Shown here piece by piece: positions 51,797 through 63,096 of a stretch of DNA of 64,000 bases (the first letter of the stretch is position 1; each line of letters starts with the position of its first letter). The stretch is from Vicugna vicugna (lineage: Eukaryota): the NCBI GenBank assembly GCA_013265495.1, contig MU058444.1, positions 1,798,001 to 1,862,000 of the forward strand, written 5' to 3'. A program made the position numbers and the translations under genes. Below the pieces are notes generated by a model. That model saw nothing but the letters and a program-made list of their open reading frames with translations, had not been told where the DNA came from and did no database searches.

Positions 51797-51882
51797 GGGG
51801 AGGGGATAGCTCAGTGGTAGAATGCACACTTAGCATGTATGAGGTCCTGGGTTCAATCCCCAGTACCTCCATTAATAATTTT
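51797..51882 (+). mobile_element. Vic-1-like SINE, short form
   Basis: tRNA-Ala-like head then short AT tail; TSD aaaatacg(gta/atg)ttca on both sides. Confidence 0.9.
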
Positions 51883-53465
51883 AAAAATACGATGTTCAAC
51901 TTTTAAAAAATGCAAACTGAGACCTCTTCTTATAAATTCATCATCTTACAGCTTGAAAGGACCTTAAAACTCACATCACTCCTTGAAACAAACAACTTGC
52001 ATTCAAAGTCATTTTATTAAAGCCGAGATTTCTATACTATCATGGTTAACAGAATCTCATTATTTTCTTCATTTGTCACTGGGGATACAAGCCCACCTTT
52101 TGTAATATTTGGGAGAGTGTCCCCAACCTCAAAGGCAAGAAAGTTAATGTCTTGTCTCTGAACTGGCAGTTTTCAACTGCGTGACCTTTAGAAATTCATG
52201 TAATCCGGAAACCTCCGGGTCCAAACATGAAGCTGAATTAGCTCACTTCCTATACTCCATTCAGCTAAAACACATTACCAGTCTGGGAATGGAACAGGTA
52301 CATGGAAACTTTCTGCTTTGAAACAGTAAAGCAACAGGGAGTTTCAGCTTGATGCATTTCAGAACGCTAGATCTGGGTCTGAAAATCAGAAATTGATTTT
52401 CCTTGTTACTCCACATGTTTAATTTGTATTCTTATGAATAAAGTACTACAACTTATCCATCAAATGGATAAACTAGCTCTGGTTGGTAGTTACAGACAAA
52501 TAGAAAGACAGCAGAAAGACAGAGGCAAGTGGAGATGGTATTAACCTCCTCCTCTAGCCCAGCCAGTCCTGATGGTGTGCACTTTGATATATTTCATGTG
52601 TTGAGGAAGGTTATTTACAACCATCGTGTACAGATATATAAGAAAAGATAGTATGTTAGTCTCCAAAAGAAACATTTTATATTTTCAAATTTTATCAAAC
52701 CACATTTGATATAGCTTTATATTTTCTGACCTAACGATCACCTTCAACAATATCTTATTTCTCACTTCTAGTTTTGACTTCACCTAATTATTCCTAAGAG
52801 AAATTTTCCCTCAGAATTTTCCCCAATTCTGGGAGCTATGTATCTTCTCAAACTGGATTATATATGTCTTACCTTAACATTATTTAATACGTTCCTAAAA
52901 TGAAAGTAAGCTTGGTTACTTGGAAAGGAAAGAGCTTCGTTATTCCCTCAGATATTCCCTGGGGTTAAGCGCTCTCCTTTCTTCCCCTAAATAAAAATGC
53001 AAATGCATTCTCATATCTTCCCACTTTGTAAGCTACTTTCTAAAATGTGAATTAAAATAATAGGAAACTTAAACAAGGCTGGCCAGCTTAGCCTTTTCCA
53101 TATTTAGTTGCTATGTTTCGCCCTTCAGCACAAAAGTCCACAAAAGGTCAAGAAAAGAGAGCAAGTGTCAGCAAGATGATGGAGCAGCCAAAACACGCAG
53201 GAAACCAGCATGAATAAGAGGAAATTCGTTAACAAATTTGCCCAAATGTGCTTATCTGTGATTAAATTTATGGATAAAAATGATACAGTTCTGGGATTTG
53301 CTTGAAAATAATCAGGGTTGGGGTGGAGGAGGGGACAAGAAGCACAGATTAAAATGACATGGGCTGTGGGACGACCCTGTCTAAAAGGGGTTGCTGGGTA
53401 TATGAGGTGTGTTATACGATCTTTTCTACTTTTGTCTATGTTTAAATTTTGTGGGTATAATAATT

Positions 53466-53730
53466 AAGCTGTATAGTAGTTAGAATCTGCATCCCAAACT
53501 CCCACTTTATCCCTCCATCCCCCGCTTTTGCAGATCCACACTACTGTACATAAACGAGATAAACAACAAGGTCCCACTGTACAGCACAGGGAGCTATATT
53601 CAACACTTGAATGCTTGTAATAGCCTATAATGAAAAAATATATATACACACATATATAAAACTGAATCACTATGCTGTACACCAGAAATCAACACAACAG
53701 TGTAAACCAACTATACATCAATTTTAAAAA
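53466..53730 (+). mobile_element. L1 3' end with 5' inversion
   Basis: 53466-53528 is reverse L1 3' UTR; about 53530-53730 is forward 3' UTR to the tail. Confidence 0.8.
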
Positions 53731-54182
53731 GGGAAAAGAAACTAAACTGGACATTTTTTATGGATTGTCTTTAAAAAAAAATCTAAGTTGTTCACTCAGA
53801 TGTAAATGCTTACTAACATAACCATACAGATTTTCATACACCAATTTCCTTTGTCAAATAAGGTATTAGCTTTAAAATGTTCTGGTGATACTGTGGAATG
53901 CATTGGGAGACAGAAGCCATTAACTGGCCTTCACCCTCCTTGTTCTTGACTTAATTCCTAGAGAATCAGGCAAACAGCCTGTGGCTTCCATTTCCTCATT
54001 AGCCCAAGACTCATATCTAGCCCAAACGAACAGACCAGGGCACAATTATTCAGTCTACATTTGATTGGTGATTGATGAATTCTGTTCTAAAGTCTAGTCT
54101 CTGGGCTGGTGGATCAATTGATTGGTGACTATTTCATGAAGTTCTCAAAATTCATTTGCTGCATCAGGACCCCCCCCCACCT

Positions 54183-54515
54183 TGTAATAGAAAAGAACAA
54201 ATCTGAGATCTGTTCCTTTAGCTCTCACCCTGGGCTCTGTTTCCTGGGCTCAGCCATGCTGGTTCTGCACCTTTTGTAAAAGACTGTTCCTAGAGCCTGA
54301 AACAGACAGGAGAGCCCATTCTCAAGGCTCTGATTTTTAAGAGTATTAATACTTTTCCATTCACATGAAGATAAAAAGTTGCAGAATAGAAAATAACATT
54401 TGTTTTGCTGGAGGTTTACAGGGACACCATGATCTGACCCACGTAGACAGCTGCAAGAACAAAGGACTTTGACACTAGGAAGTCTGCAACCACCAATGGA
54501 ACTCCCTCCCCTCTC
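54183..54515 (+). mobile_element. ERV1-type LTR fragment
   Basis: Starts tgtaatagaaaagaacaaatctga, resembling a cetartiodactyl LTR 5' terminus; breaks off at the MLT1 junction. Confidence 0.6.
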
Positions 54516-54519
54516 TGGA

Positions 54520-55382
54520 AGGTGTGATTAAATTAAGAGTTTTGAGATGAGGCGATTATCTGGATGAGCCATGTGGGTCCAGTGTGATTTAAGTGAAAGA
54601 GAGAGGCAGAAACGTCAGAGTCAGAGATTTGAAGACCCTACATTGCTGATTCTGAAGACCGTCGACTGAAAAAAATAATCTACAATGTGAGAATTGCGAG
54701 TCAAGTTTTATTTGGGGCAAACTGAGGACTACAGCCAAGGAGACAGCATCTCAGAAAGCTCTGAGGAGCTGCTCAGAAGAGGCAGCGAGGAGGTCCGTAT
54801 AGATGTGATTTCAGTGAAGGGGGACACATGCAGTCAAGCACGCGTTTTGGCAGAAGTTTGCTGCTAGTCAGGAAGAGCAGGTGTCTCTGTAAATGATTTT
54901 AGTGCTTTTCTAGATAAAAGAAGATGCAAGAATTGGGGCTCATAAAATCTCCCGAAAATATCTGACTATCTAAAGGTCTCCTCGGCCAGTTCTCCCAGAG
55001 CACCGAGCGCCTCACTCCTGATCTCTGCCCTGAACTCCTTTCAGGGTGTGTCAAAGGTCAGCGACCCCAGTGGCTTCTGACTTCGTCCTTGTAAAGGCAG
55101 ATGGCAAGTGACAATTTGAAGTTGGCAAGATGGACAAAGTGGCCACAAGCCAAGGAACACAGGTGACCTCCAGAAGACGGAAAAGGCAAGGAAATAGATT
55201 CACTCCTGGAGTCCCCGGAAGGCACACAGCCCCTGCCAACACCTTGCTTTTAGCCTCCTGAGACCCATTTTGGATTCCTGATCTCCAGAAGCTCCAGACC
55301 TAAGAACCTACGGTCCTAAATGTGTGTTCTTATAAGCCACTGTGTTGGTAGCAACTTGTTTAGCAGCAGTAGGACACATGCA
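54520..55382 (+). mobile_element. MaLR MLT1-type LTR split by a nested solo LTR
   Basis: gtgtgattaaattaagagttttgagatgaggcgattatctgg...tctgaaga[insert]tgga...gccctgccaacaccttgcttttagcc...taagccact. Confidence 0.85.
54660..55127 (-). mobile_element. Complete MER41-like (cetartiodactyl ERV1) solo LTR
   Basis: Termini (c/t)gtcgact...agttggca; aagttttatttggggcaaactgaggact; 4-bp TSD aga(c/t) at 54656-54659 and 55128-55131. Confidence 0.75.
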
Positions 55383-55472
55383 GATAGGAAGGAACAAGAT
55401 TACTCTGCCAGGAAACATTTCCTGCAGACTAAATGAAAATATGACAGAGTCCCCGCTCTGCATCCTTTGGGT

Positions 55473-55672
55473 CTGTACTGTCCAGGACAGCAGCTGCTGA
55501 AGACACGTGGCTGTTCAAATTTAAACTTTAAAAATGGAATTTTTAATTCACTTTCTCAACTACGCTGGCCAAGTGTTCAATGGTCACAAGGGGCTAATGG
55601 TGCCCTATTGGACAGGATAGGCAGAGAACATTCCTGTCACTACAGAAAACTCTATTGGGCCACCTGGCTTTA
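55473..55672. mobile_element. MER3/MER33-type hAT MITE
   Basis: ctgtccagga...cacgtggctgtt...caagtgttcaatggtcaca...attggacag...agaacattcctgtcactacagaaaactctattgg. Confidence 0.75.
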
Positions 55673-56215
55673 GATTTTTACAAGTGACACGATTTCTGTC
55701 ATTCTCCTGAGCTGTAACGTGCTTTTGATTTACTCTCTTGGCCGGGGTGGAGGGCAGAGGGATGGGGCAAATACAGAGGTTTCCACTTGACCTTCAGTTG
55801 CTTGTTAATCACACTCAGCCTTTCATTACCTTCCTGTCTGCCCATCGGAAGTCACCGGGGAGCCTTTTATAATACGAATGCCCATCCAAATCAACGGAGC
55901 TAGAATCTCTAGGAAAGGTGTTTGAGTATCAGTATTTTTAATGCTCCCCAGATAACGCCAATACCCACCCGAGACTGAGAATCTCTGTCTTAAAGGCATG
56001 TTAATATCTGACAAGGAGGGAGGTTCCCAGAGGAGAAGGAAATTCACCACGTGGGAGCTGGGTCCCAGAGCTATTTAATAGCACTGTTACTGGAGAGTAA
56101 TGTTATTTAGATGTATGTCTTCTGGTACTGAACAGTCTTTCTTTTTAGTCTTATAAAAGTTACTTGAGGGCCACTTAAAGGTACATAATTGCAGCCAGAA
56201 TAGGTTATCTGAGTT

Positions 56216-56306
56216 GGGGAGGGTCTAGCTCAGAGGCAGAGCGCATGCTTAGCATGCACGTGGTCCTGGGTTCAATCCCCCGGGACCTCCATTGAAAAAA
56301 TAAACA
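56216..56306 (+). mobile_element. Vic-1-like SINE, short form
   Basis: tRNA-like head plus A tail; 16-bp TSD agaatag(g/c)ttatctga at 56197-56212 and 56307-56322. Confidence 0.92.
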
Positions 56307-58652
56307 AGAATAGCTTATCTGACTAGTTTAGTAGTCTCATGGCAAAAACCTCACCATATTGTTTTAGAACATTTAAAATCCACCATACAAACATATACTA
56401 ACATATTAGTATACAGATCAATTTTTTTTTCCCCTTTCACCAGAAATCTGTGTGACCGTTTGGCCCACGGGCACACTTCGGGACTAGACGCTGAAACATG
56501 GGTTTTGAACTCGGCACAGATGTGGCAAATGAACAGAGGCTTTACTCCCAAAAGCCAGGACCAATAAACAGCTATGAGTTTCTAAAAGGGATGATGTGGG
56601 CTTAGCAATGAAATGCCAATGTCTTTCAAAAGCATCGTTTCCTTGAAAAGAAAACTTCCCAAACTCCTCATGCGAGCCCATCACACCAGTTCCACGGAAC
56701 ACAGTGACCCTTTTCCTGGCCAAGATGAAAGCACGAAGACTGGGAGCGAAAAAGAACAAACCAGAGAACACAACTCTTGGATTCGTGAGTAGAAACGAGT
56801 TCCCGGATCTGACTTGTCCCACGAGGACATTTATTTGAAACCATGGGTTCTGGATGTGATGCCAGGAGTGGTCCAGATCCCAGCCCCTTGGCAAGGAGTC
56901 CCGTGAGCACCTGCAGCGCTACCCTGCTAATGTTTATGCCTTCTCTGGTTCCTTGTCAGATAAACACCAAACAGGACGGAGAACACTGAGGATGCTCTGG
57001 AGCCCCTTGTAATGGGGGGCAGGGGAAAACTACCATCCATATTTTCATGAGAGTATTGGACCTTGACAAAGTCATTTTCAAATGGACCTGTAGTACAGAT
57101 GATTACAACAAAGCTTTGTTGTGCTTTACTTAATGTGCTTACAGCTGTATAAATATATACATTGTACAAAGGTGAATATAGACTGTATATATCTCCATCC
57201 GTACATCTATGGATATTAATATAATCATACTATATAATTAATAATTATAATCTATATACACAGATCTGTCTGTGTCCATACAGATATGTACATATCTGCG
57301 TGTATACACAAGTTTCCCCCTTACCCAAAAGTAGAGCATTTCTAAAACCCTTCGGTAAGTGAAAATGGTATAAAGCGAAGAAGCAACTACCGTTGGAGAC
57401 ATAGAAGGTACAGACATTTCTACCAATTTCTACAGAAAAATTTTTGAGCCTTTCCAAACCCCCCAAATAACCCACCAAGTCATACAAGTCATCCAAAAAT
57501 AACACACAAGATGTAACATAACACTAACATACAGTAAAAGCAGGAGTGATGGGGTAAATATCCAGGCTGTACGAAGCAGAAATAATGTGTGTGCAGTGTC
57601 GTGTCACTCACCAGGATCGGGAAGACAGCCAGCACGCTGGGAGGCTGAGCAGTGCTGCTGATGGCGTGTTAGGCTCACTCACTGGAGGGTGGGGTAGCGG
57701 GAGGTACAGGAGACCGAAGTGTAGGAGAGAGGGGAAGAGGGCCATCTATTAACATCTCATCGTCGTCTGAACCCATCAGGGCAGGTAGCTCACTAATGTC
57801 TACACCGTCTAGGTCGAAGGTGGTTCACTGTCTGCCGTGGCTGGTGTGGCTGGTGTGGACAGCTTGAAACAGGACAGGTCGCTTGACTGCTTACTCCCAT
57901 GCATTTTTCAATCATACAATTCTTTGTATGCACTGAAAACATCCTCAAACCTCCCTAAACAACATGTCTTTTCAAAATTAAAGTCATACTTTCTGGCCAT
58001 CCTTAGAGCACTGGCAATCCTAGTGATAATCACACGTGGTGCTTCTTGTCCCGTTCCCTGGACGACTCCACTTGCCGGTTGCTCGCTGTTGCTTCTGGTT
58101 TCAGTTTGTATCCTTTCTTTTCGCTTCCGCATCCACTCTTTATTTGTCAGTTCTGGCTCACGGGATGCCAAAACCTCTTCCATCTCATCTCCAACGACTT
58201 CTACAAACCCAGCATCCTTAGCCAAAAATCACTGTGGCCATATTTATTGTTGATAGTTCAAAACTCCTTGGGAAAGTTTCCTCCAAAAGGCATTTCTTAA
58301 GACCACTAGCCTACCAAGAACACCCTCACCAAGGCTGGTGGTGGCCGATTTTACACGGCAGTCTCTGCAGATCTCTCATAACGATGCTTCAGAGTTGCCC
58401 TCTCTCTCGATGGCACTTACAATAAAACTGCATCACAGTTTGCAAATAGTAAGACTTCATTGTGGCTGGTAGGTCTTAGCTGCAGCACCAACCTCATGTT
58501 CTGCAGTAAGAACACAACAGGAATGTTATCGCCATATCCAGGAATGACAGGCAGATGACCAGCACAGTGTCAACAATCAGAAGACACCTATGATCCAGGT
58601 ATTTTTCTCGATGGTACTTTTCAGCAATTGGAGTAAGATATCCACTCATGCA

Positions 58653-58885
58653 CAGTTGACCCTTGAGCAACCACAGGGATGGGGCACCCATCCTGCCCAG
58701 TGTCAGTGTCAAAAGTAGGAAAATCCAAGTATAACTTTACAGCGCCCTCTCCGTACAGTTCTGCATCCATGGATTCAACCCAATGGATTATGTAGGACTG
58801 CAGGACTATTTACTGAAAAAAAAAAAAAAACCTCCTTGAAAGTGGGCCCCCACAGTTCAAACCCCTGTTGTTCAAGGGTTACCTG
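58653..58885. mobile_element. Tigger2a-like MITE nested in the transposase
   Basis: TIRs cagttgacccttgagcaac and gttgttcaagggttacctg; flanks ca (58651-58652) and ta (58886-58887), consistent with a TA TSD. Confidence 0.88.
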
Positions 58886-58953
58886 TACTCAGAAACAATC
58901 ACTTGGATATTCCAACTGCTTGGATGTGAATGAAACACAACAGGAAGCATATT

Positions 58954-59499
58954 CTTTTTTTTATTGAAGTTGAGTTGATTTACAATGTTGTGTTAGTTTC
59001 AGGTATACAGCAAAGTGATTCAATTGTACTTACACATGTTCTTTTTCAGATTCTTTTCCATTATAGGTTATTACAAGATACTGAATGCAAAATTTCCTGT
59101 GCTGTACAGTAGGTCCTTGTTGTTTGTTTATTTTTATATAGTCATATGTATATGTTAATCCCAAACTCCTAATTTATCCCTCCCTCCCACTCCTTTCCCC
59201 TTTGGTAGTCATAGTTTGTTTTCTATGTCTGTTGAGTCTATTTCGAGTTTGTAAATAAGTTCATTTGTATCACTTTTCTTTAATTCCACATATAAGACAT
59301 TTTATATGATATTTGTCTTTGTCTGACTTTCTTCACTTTATATGATAATCTCTAGGTCCATCCATGTTGCTGCAAATGGCATTATTTCATTATTTTTATT
59401 GCTGAGTAATATTCCATTGTGTGTGTGTATGTGTGTGTGTGTGCGTGTATACCACAAAAATTTCTTTAGACTGTCATCTGTCAATGGGCACTTAGGTTG
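58954..59499 (-). mobile_element. L1 3' end nested in the transposase
   Basis: Poly(T) plus reverse L1 3' UTR; TSD caggaagcatatt (58941-58953) and caggaagtgcatt (59500-59512). Confidence 0.92.
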
Positions 59500-60559
59500 C
59501 AGGAAGTGCATTACCAAAATCCTTCCCAAAGCCCTCCCGTGCCCTGGGATCTCCTGAACCACACGCCAGTGGAGGTGTGGACAGCCTCACCAGTAGCGCT
59601 GATAACAGGGATTAGGGTAAACCTGTCCTTGGATGCTTGTGTCCGGAGCCTGCTTTTCCTCTATCGAAATAAATCCCTTCCTTGGCAATTTTTTCCAATA
59701 CACTGCAGTTCCATCATCATGATTAAATGCTTATTTATAGGAATAACTATTTTCTGTAATTATTTTCTTCAGTTCTTCCGAGGACTCTGAGCAGCTTCAG
59801 TATCAGCTGAAGCACTCTCTCCAGGAACGCTCAAGCCACGAAGCCTCCCTCTCCTCAAACACCGGTCAAATCCCGTCACTAGCTTTGCCATGCGCATGAC
59901 ACTTCCACCACCACCGTCCAGGGCTTTCCGTTGCAGCTTATTTAAAAGGCTGACTGATTTCTCCTTGAGTATCAGGTAACTTCACAGGACAGCACACTTT
60001 GTATACCCATCAATCCACTCAAGCACAGACTTTCCACTTTCTCCATGACTGGTGTAAGCAGTGTGAATGGCGGACACCGGCAATGTCTTTATTTTGTTTA
60101 CCATTATCCCAACTCTTAATTATGTCTAGTTTTACACTAAGTGGCACACCTTTAGGAGCTTTCTTAGGTGTTTCTCATGCCTTAGGACATATCTTACTAA
60201 CAGGCGCACAGAATAAATCGAGATGAAGCGCAGAGGCTCACAGGCAGTTCAAAGCTACAGTGGCAGGATGCTGAGATGCTGAGTGTGGCTCTCCCGGGAA
60301 GGAGCTGGGTGGCATTCCTCTCACTATCCCAGGAGCACACTGCCCCTTTAACGGCTGCTGAAAAGCAAACACTGGACCCTATTTTCGATTTTCACCTTCT
60401 TTTCTAAAGCAAAAATCCTCCTCAGATTTCCTCCAGCTGGCAAAAACAGGTACTGATGTAAGACAACGTAAGAGCGAAGTGGTGTAATGAAGGCTTTAAA
60501 AAAGTGGGGGAACACCAGAGAAGACAGACAAGCATCCACAAAGTGGTAGGTCCGAGGGC

Positions 60560-61800
60560 AGAGGAATGTTCAGGATCCTGTGAGCACAGAGGGAGAACAC
60601 CCAGCCTCATGCAATCTCGGGAAGGCTTCCTGGAGGGGGTGACACCTCAACTGAGTCTTGAAAAAAATGAGTAATTACAGGTATTATTCTTGCTGAGCGA
60701 GGGTCATGGCTCAGGGTTTGGAGGAAGAGTGCGTTATGGACAGAGAAAAGCGCATAAAGAACCAACAACAGAATTTATGTAAACAAGAAACTATAAAAAA
60801 AATTTAGCAGCCCTGGAAAATAGCCCTTGCTGTCCAGGTGACTGGAGATGAGGCTGCAAATGAAGGCAGTGACTAAATGATAAGGACCCTATGCCCCCTG
60901 TTTTAGAAACTCAGTTTTCTTCTTCGCAACTGGTCGTATTTGCATTATGGAATATTCAGGCCAGCTGTCATAGGAGAGATTTAAGTGGGTCAGTAATGGA
61001 AGCAGGGAGATGATGAGAAGGTTCATAAAAGCAAGCGATGAAGAGACTGTGAGCTACAGCAAAGGCGGTAGGAAAGGAGAGAAGGGGTGGAGTCTGCGGT
61101 TACTGAGGTGAAACTGATGAATTAGTCAGAAACTGATGATTGATCAGGTAAGGGAGAAAGAGTGGAAGGAAACACTGGAAACTGCTCCCAGCTTTCCTGC
61201 TGGGGTAACTGGGAGTCCTTGCTATTTCTGCGCTGGGGAAGGATGCGTTTGAGGCAGAACACTGGATGAATCAAAATGCCTGAAGTTCAGATGTGTGATT
61301 TGTATTGAAGTATCTGTCGGTGATCCAGATAGACCTAGCCAGCACTCAACACACGGATCTGAAGCTCAGGAGGGACTTCAAGACAGACAAGAAAGAAAGA
61401 GAAAGAATGTGGGTGGTAGTAAAAACCAAATAACACCAAGTACATGAGATTGCTCCCCCCACAAAAAATAAAAGACAGATACCATGAGGGCACATCAGTG
61501 CTACTCAAGGACACGTGGAGGACGCCCTTGAAGGGACGAGGAAGGAAGAGTGAGTTAGACAGGAAGAAAGACAGCCACCAGAAACTGGTACCATGGAAAC
61601 CCAGGGAAGAGGGCTTTTCAAGGACGGATGGTCTACACTGGCAAAAGCATCAGAGAAGTCAGTAAAGGAGTGGCCTCCACAGCCATCCACACTAGGAAGA
61701 CTGGCCGCATGGCACATGTCTTTCATTCTGGTGACTACTAAACCATGCTTAGTGAATCTCATTGCTTCCTTGGGCTCACTCAAGGTGGGGCAGGGGTGGA
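60560..61800 (-). mobile_element. L2 LINE fragment
   Basis: gggaaggcttcctggagggggtgacacctcaactgagtcttgaa; ggagatgaggctgc; ggatctgaagctcaggagg; catggaaacccagggaagag. Confidence 0.8.
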
Positions 61801-61989
61801 GGGTGTGGCTTGGAGGCAATGGGTAAAGAAATTACATAGCCAAAGTCCAGTGCAGGGGGATGAATGACCTCGGGCTTCAGAGTCGCGCAAACCGTGGTTG
61901 GGTTAGTCATTCCACCACTTACAAGGATGGTAAGTTACCCTCTAAGCCTTCGTTTCCAAAATTTGTAAAATTAAAATGAAATCATGGTG

Positions 61990-62225
61990 GCAGGATGTCA
62001 ACGTGGTTGAGTTCCAGTGAGATCTCTTCCAGGATGGCATATGGTGCCTTCTAGCTGCATCCTCAGGTGACAGAGATAGGTCAGAAGGTGACAGTCCTAC
62101 CACAGTAGGACCCCACCCCCATGAACTTAACCTTAATTATCTCCTTTTAGACCTATCTCTAAACACAGTCACACTAGGGGTTCGAGCTTCGACATACACT
62201 AGGGGACACAATTCAGCGCATAGCA
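61990..62225 (-). mobile_element. MaLR MLT1A-like LTR fragment
   Basis: ccccacccccatgaactt...taattatctcc...cagtcacactaggggttcgagcttcgacata...ggggacacaattcagcgcatagca. Confidence 0.75.
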
Positions 62226-63078
62226 CAGACTCTCAGACTCCTGATGGAAGGGGCAGGCTCCCAGCCAAACCACGCTCGCTCATAATCTACTCACTGATTA
62301 AGAAAGATTGTCTTGGGTCAGAAGCGTGGAGACAGGAGTTCTTGTAGACCCTTCCCTTCTTGCCTCTACCCAACTCAGCCTACCTTCTCCTCTCTCCTGC
62401 TCTGCCCAGAAAATGCTCTGGAATCAATAAAGAAGATGACGTTTTTAAGCTGTACTATTTTCCTGAAAGAGAAAGAGCATAGAGCCCCCTCTTCCTTAGA
62501 ACAACTGATGGACACATTTCCCTTTTTGAGATACCACATAGTATCTCCCTGTGTTTTTCTCGGTAACAACAGCCAGCGTCTGGGGCTCTCTTCCCACTGA
62601 GTAAATCTGATCGTCTTATGGGGGTTCTGAGAAAGAACGATTCACTGCCTCGGAGGCAGGGAACTCAAATTCTACACTAAGTTCGACTGTAAATTATCTA
62701 TTGCACTTCAACCGAGATATTTAAATCTTGGAGCTTGTTTTTCTCAACTGTAAAATGACTGGGTTGGATCCAGTGGTCTTAAACTTTGCTCCATTCCTTA
62801 CTCAGATAATTCTAACAACACCGAAAAGCACCGAAGGTTCAAAACACTCAGCTTGCATGGTATCCAATGCAAGACCTTCTGTGCGAGTTTGATGGGCCTC
62901 GTTTGTGATTTTCCCAGGGTAAGAAATTGGTAGGTATTGGTATAATGATATGATGGCTCTTGGTGCATTCTCTAAATGAAACAAAAGCAGAGTTTGCTAC
63001 ATAAACTTGGCATTAGGGCAGAAGGCTGCATTTGTGTAGAACGCGACGGCAGTGCCGTTAACTGTGAACTCTAGACTT

Positions 63079-63096
63079 CACCACTAGAGGGCAGCA
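63079..63096 (+). promoter_or_regulatory. Strong CTCF core motif
   Basis: caccactagagggcagca matches CCAsyAGrkGGCrs in apparently unique sequence. Confidence 0.6.

Larger units (their letters stand above)
57850..60190 (-). pseudogene. pogo-family transposase relic (CENP-B-type HTH domains plus DDE domain) interrupted by two insertions
   Basis: Minus-strand peptides in order: KGVPLSVKLDIIKSWDNGKQNKDIA; LEWIDG...ILKEKSVSL; VPGESASADTEAA; EELKKIITENSY; VYWKKLPRKGFISIEEKQAP; SKDRFTL; ALPVVFHSHPSSWN; RCLLIVD; ATMKSYYL; AKDAGFVEVVGDEMEEVLASREPELTNKE. Multiple stops and frameshifts. Confidence 0.9.
57308..60518 (-). mobile_element. Near full-length pogo/Tigger DNA transposon (Tigger6-like, tentative), disabled
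   Basis: Degraded inverted termini caagtttccccc...aaaag and aaaagtgggggaacacca enclose a transposase relic. Confidence 0.8.

Noticed and set aside
51797..51872. tRNA-Ala(AGC)-like gene (also at 29666, 56216, 24176, 18768)
   Set aside because: Each has an A-rich tail and TSD, an extended G-rich 5' end and stem mismatches; these are SINE heads.
57850..60190. Domesticated TIGD/JRK-like gene
   Set aside because: Stops, frameshifts, an internal deletion, two nested insertions and retained termini indicate a dead transposon.
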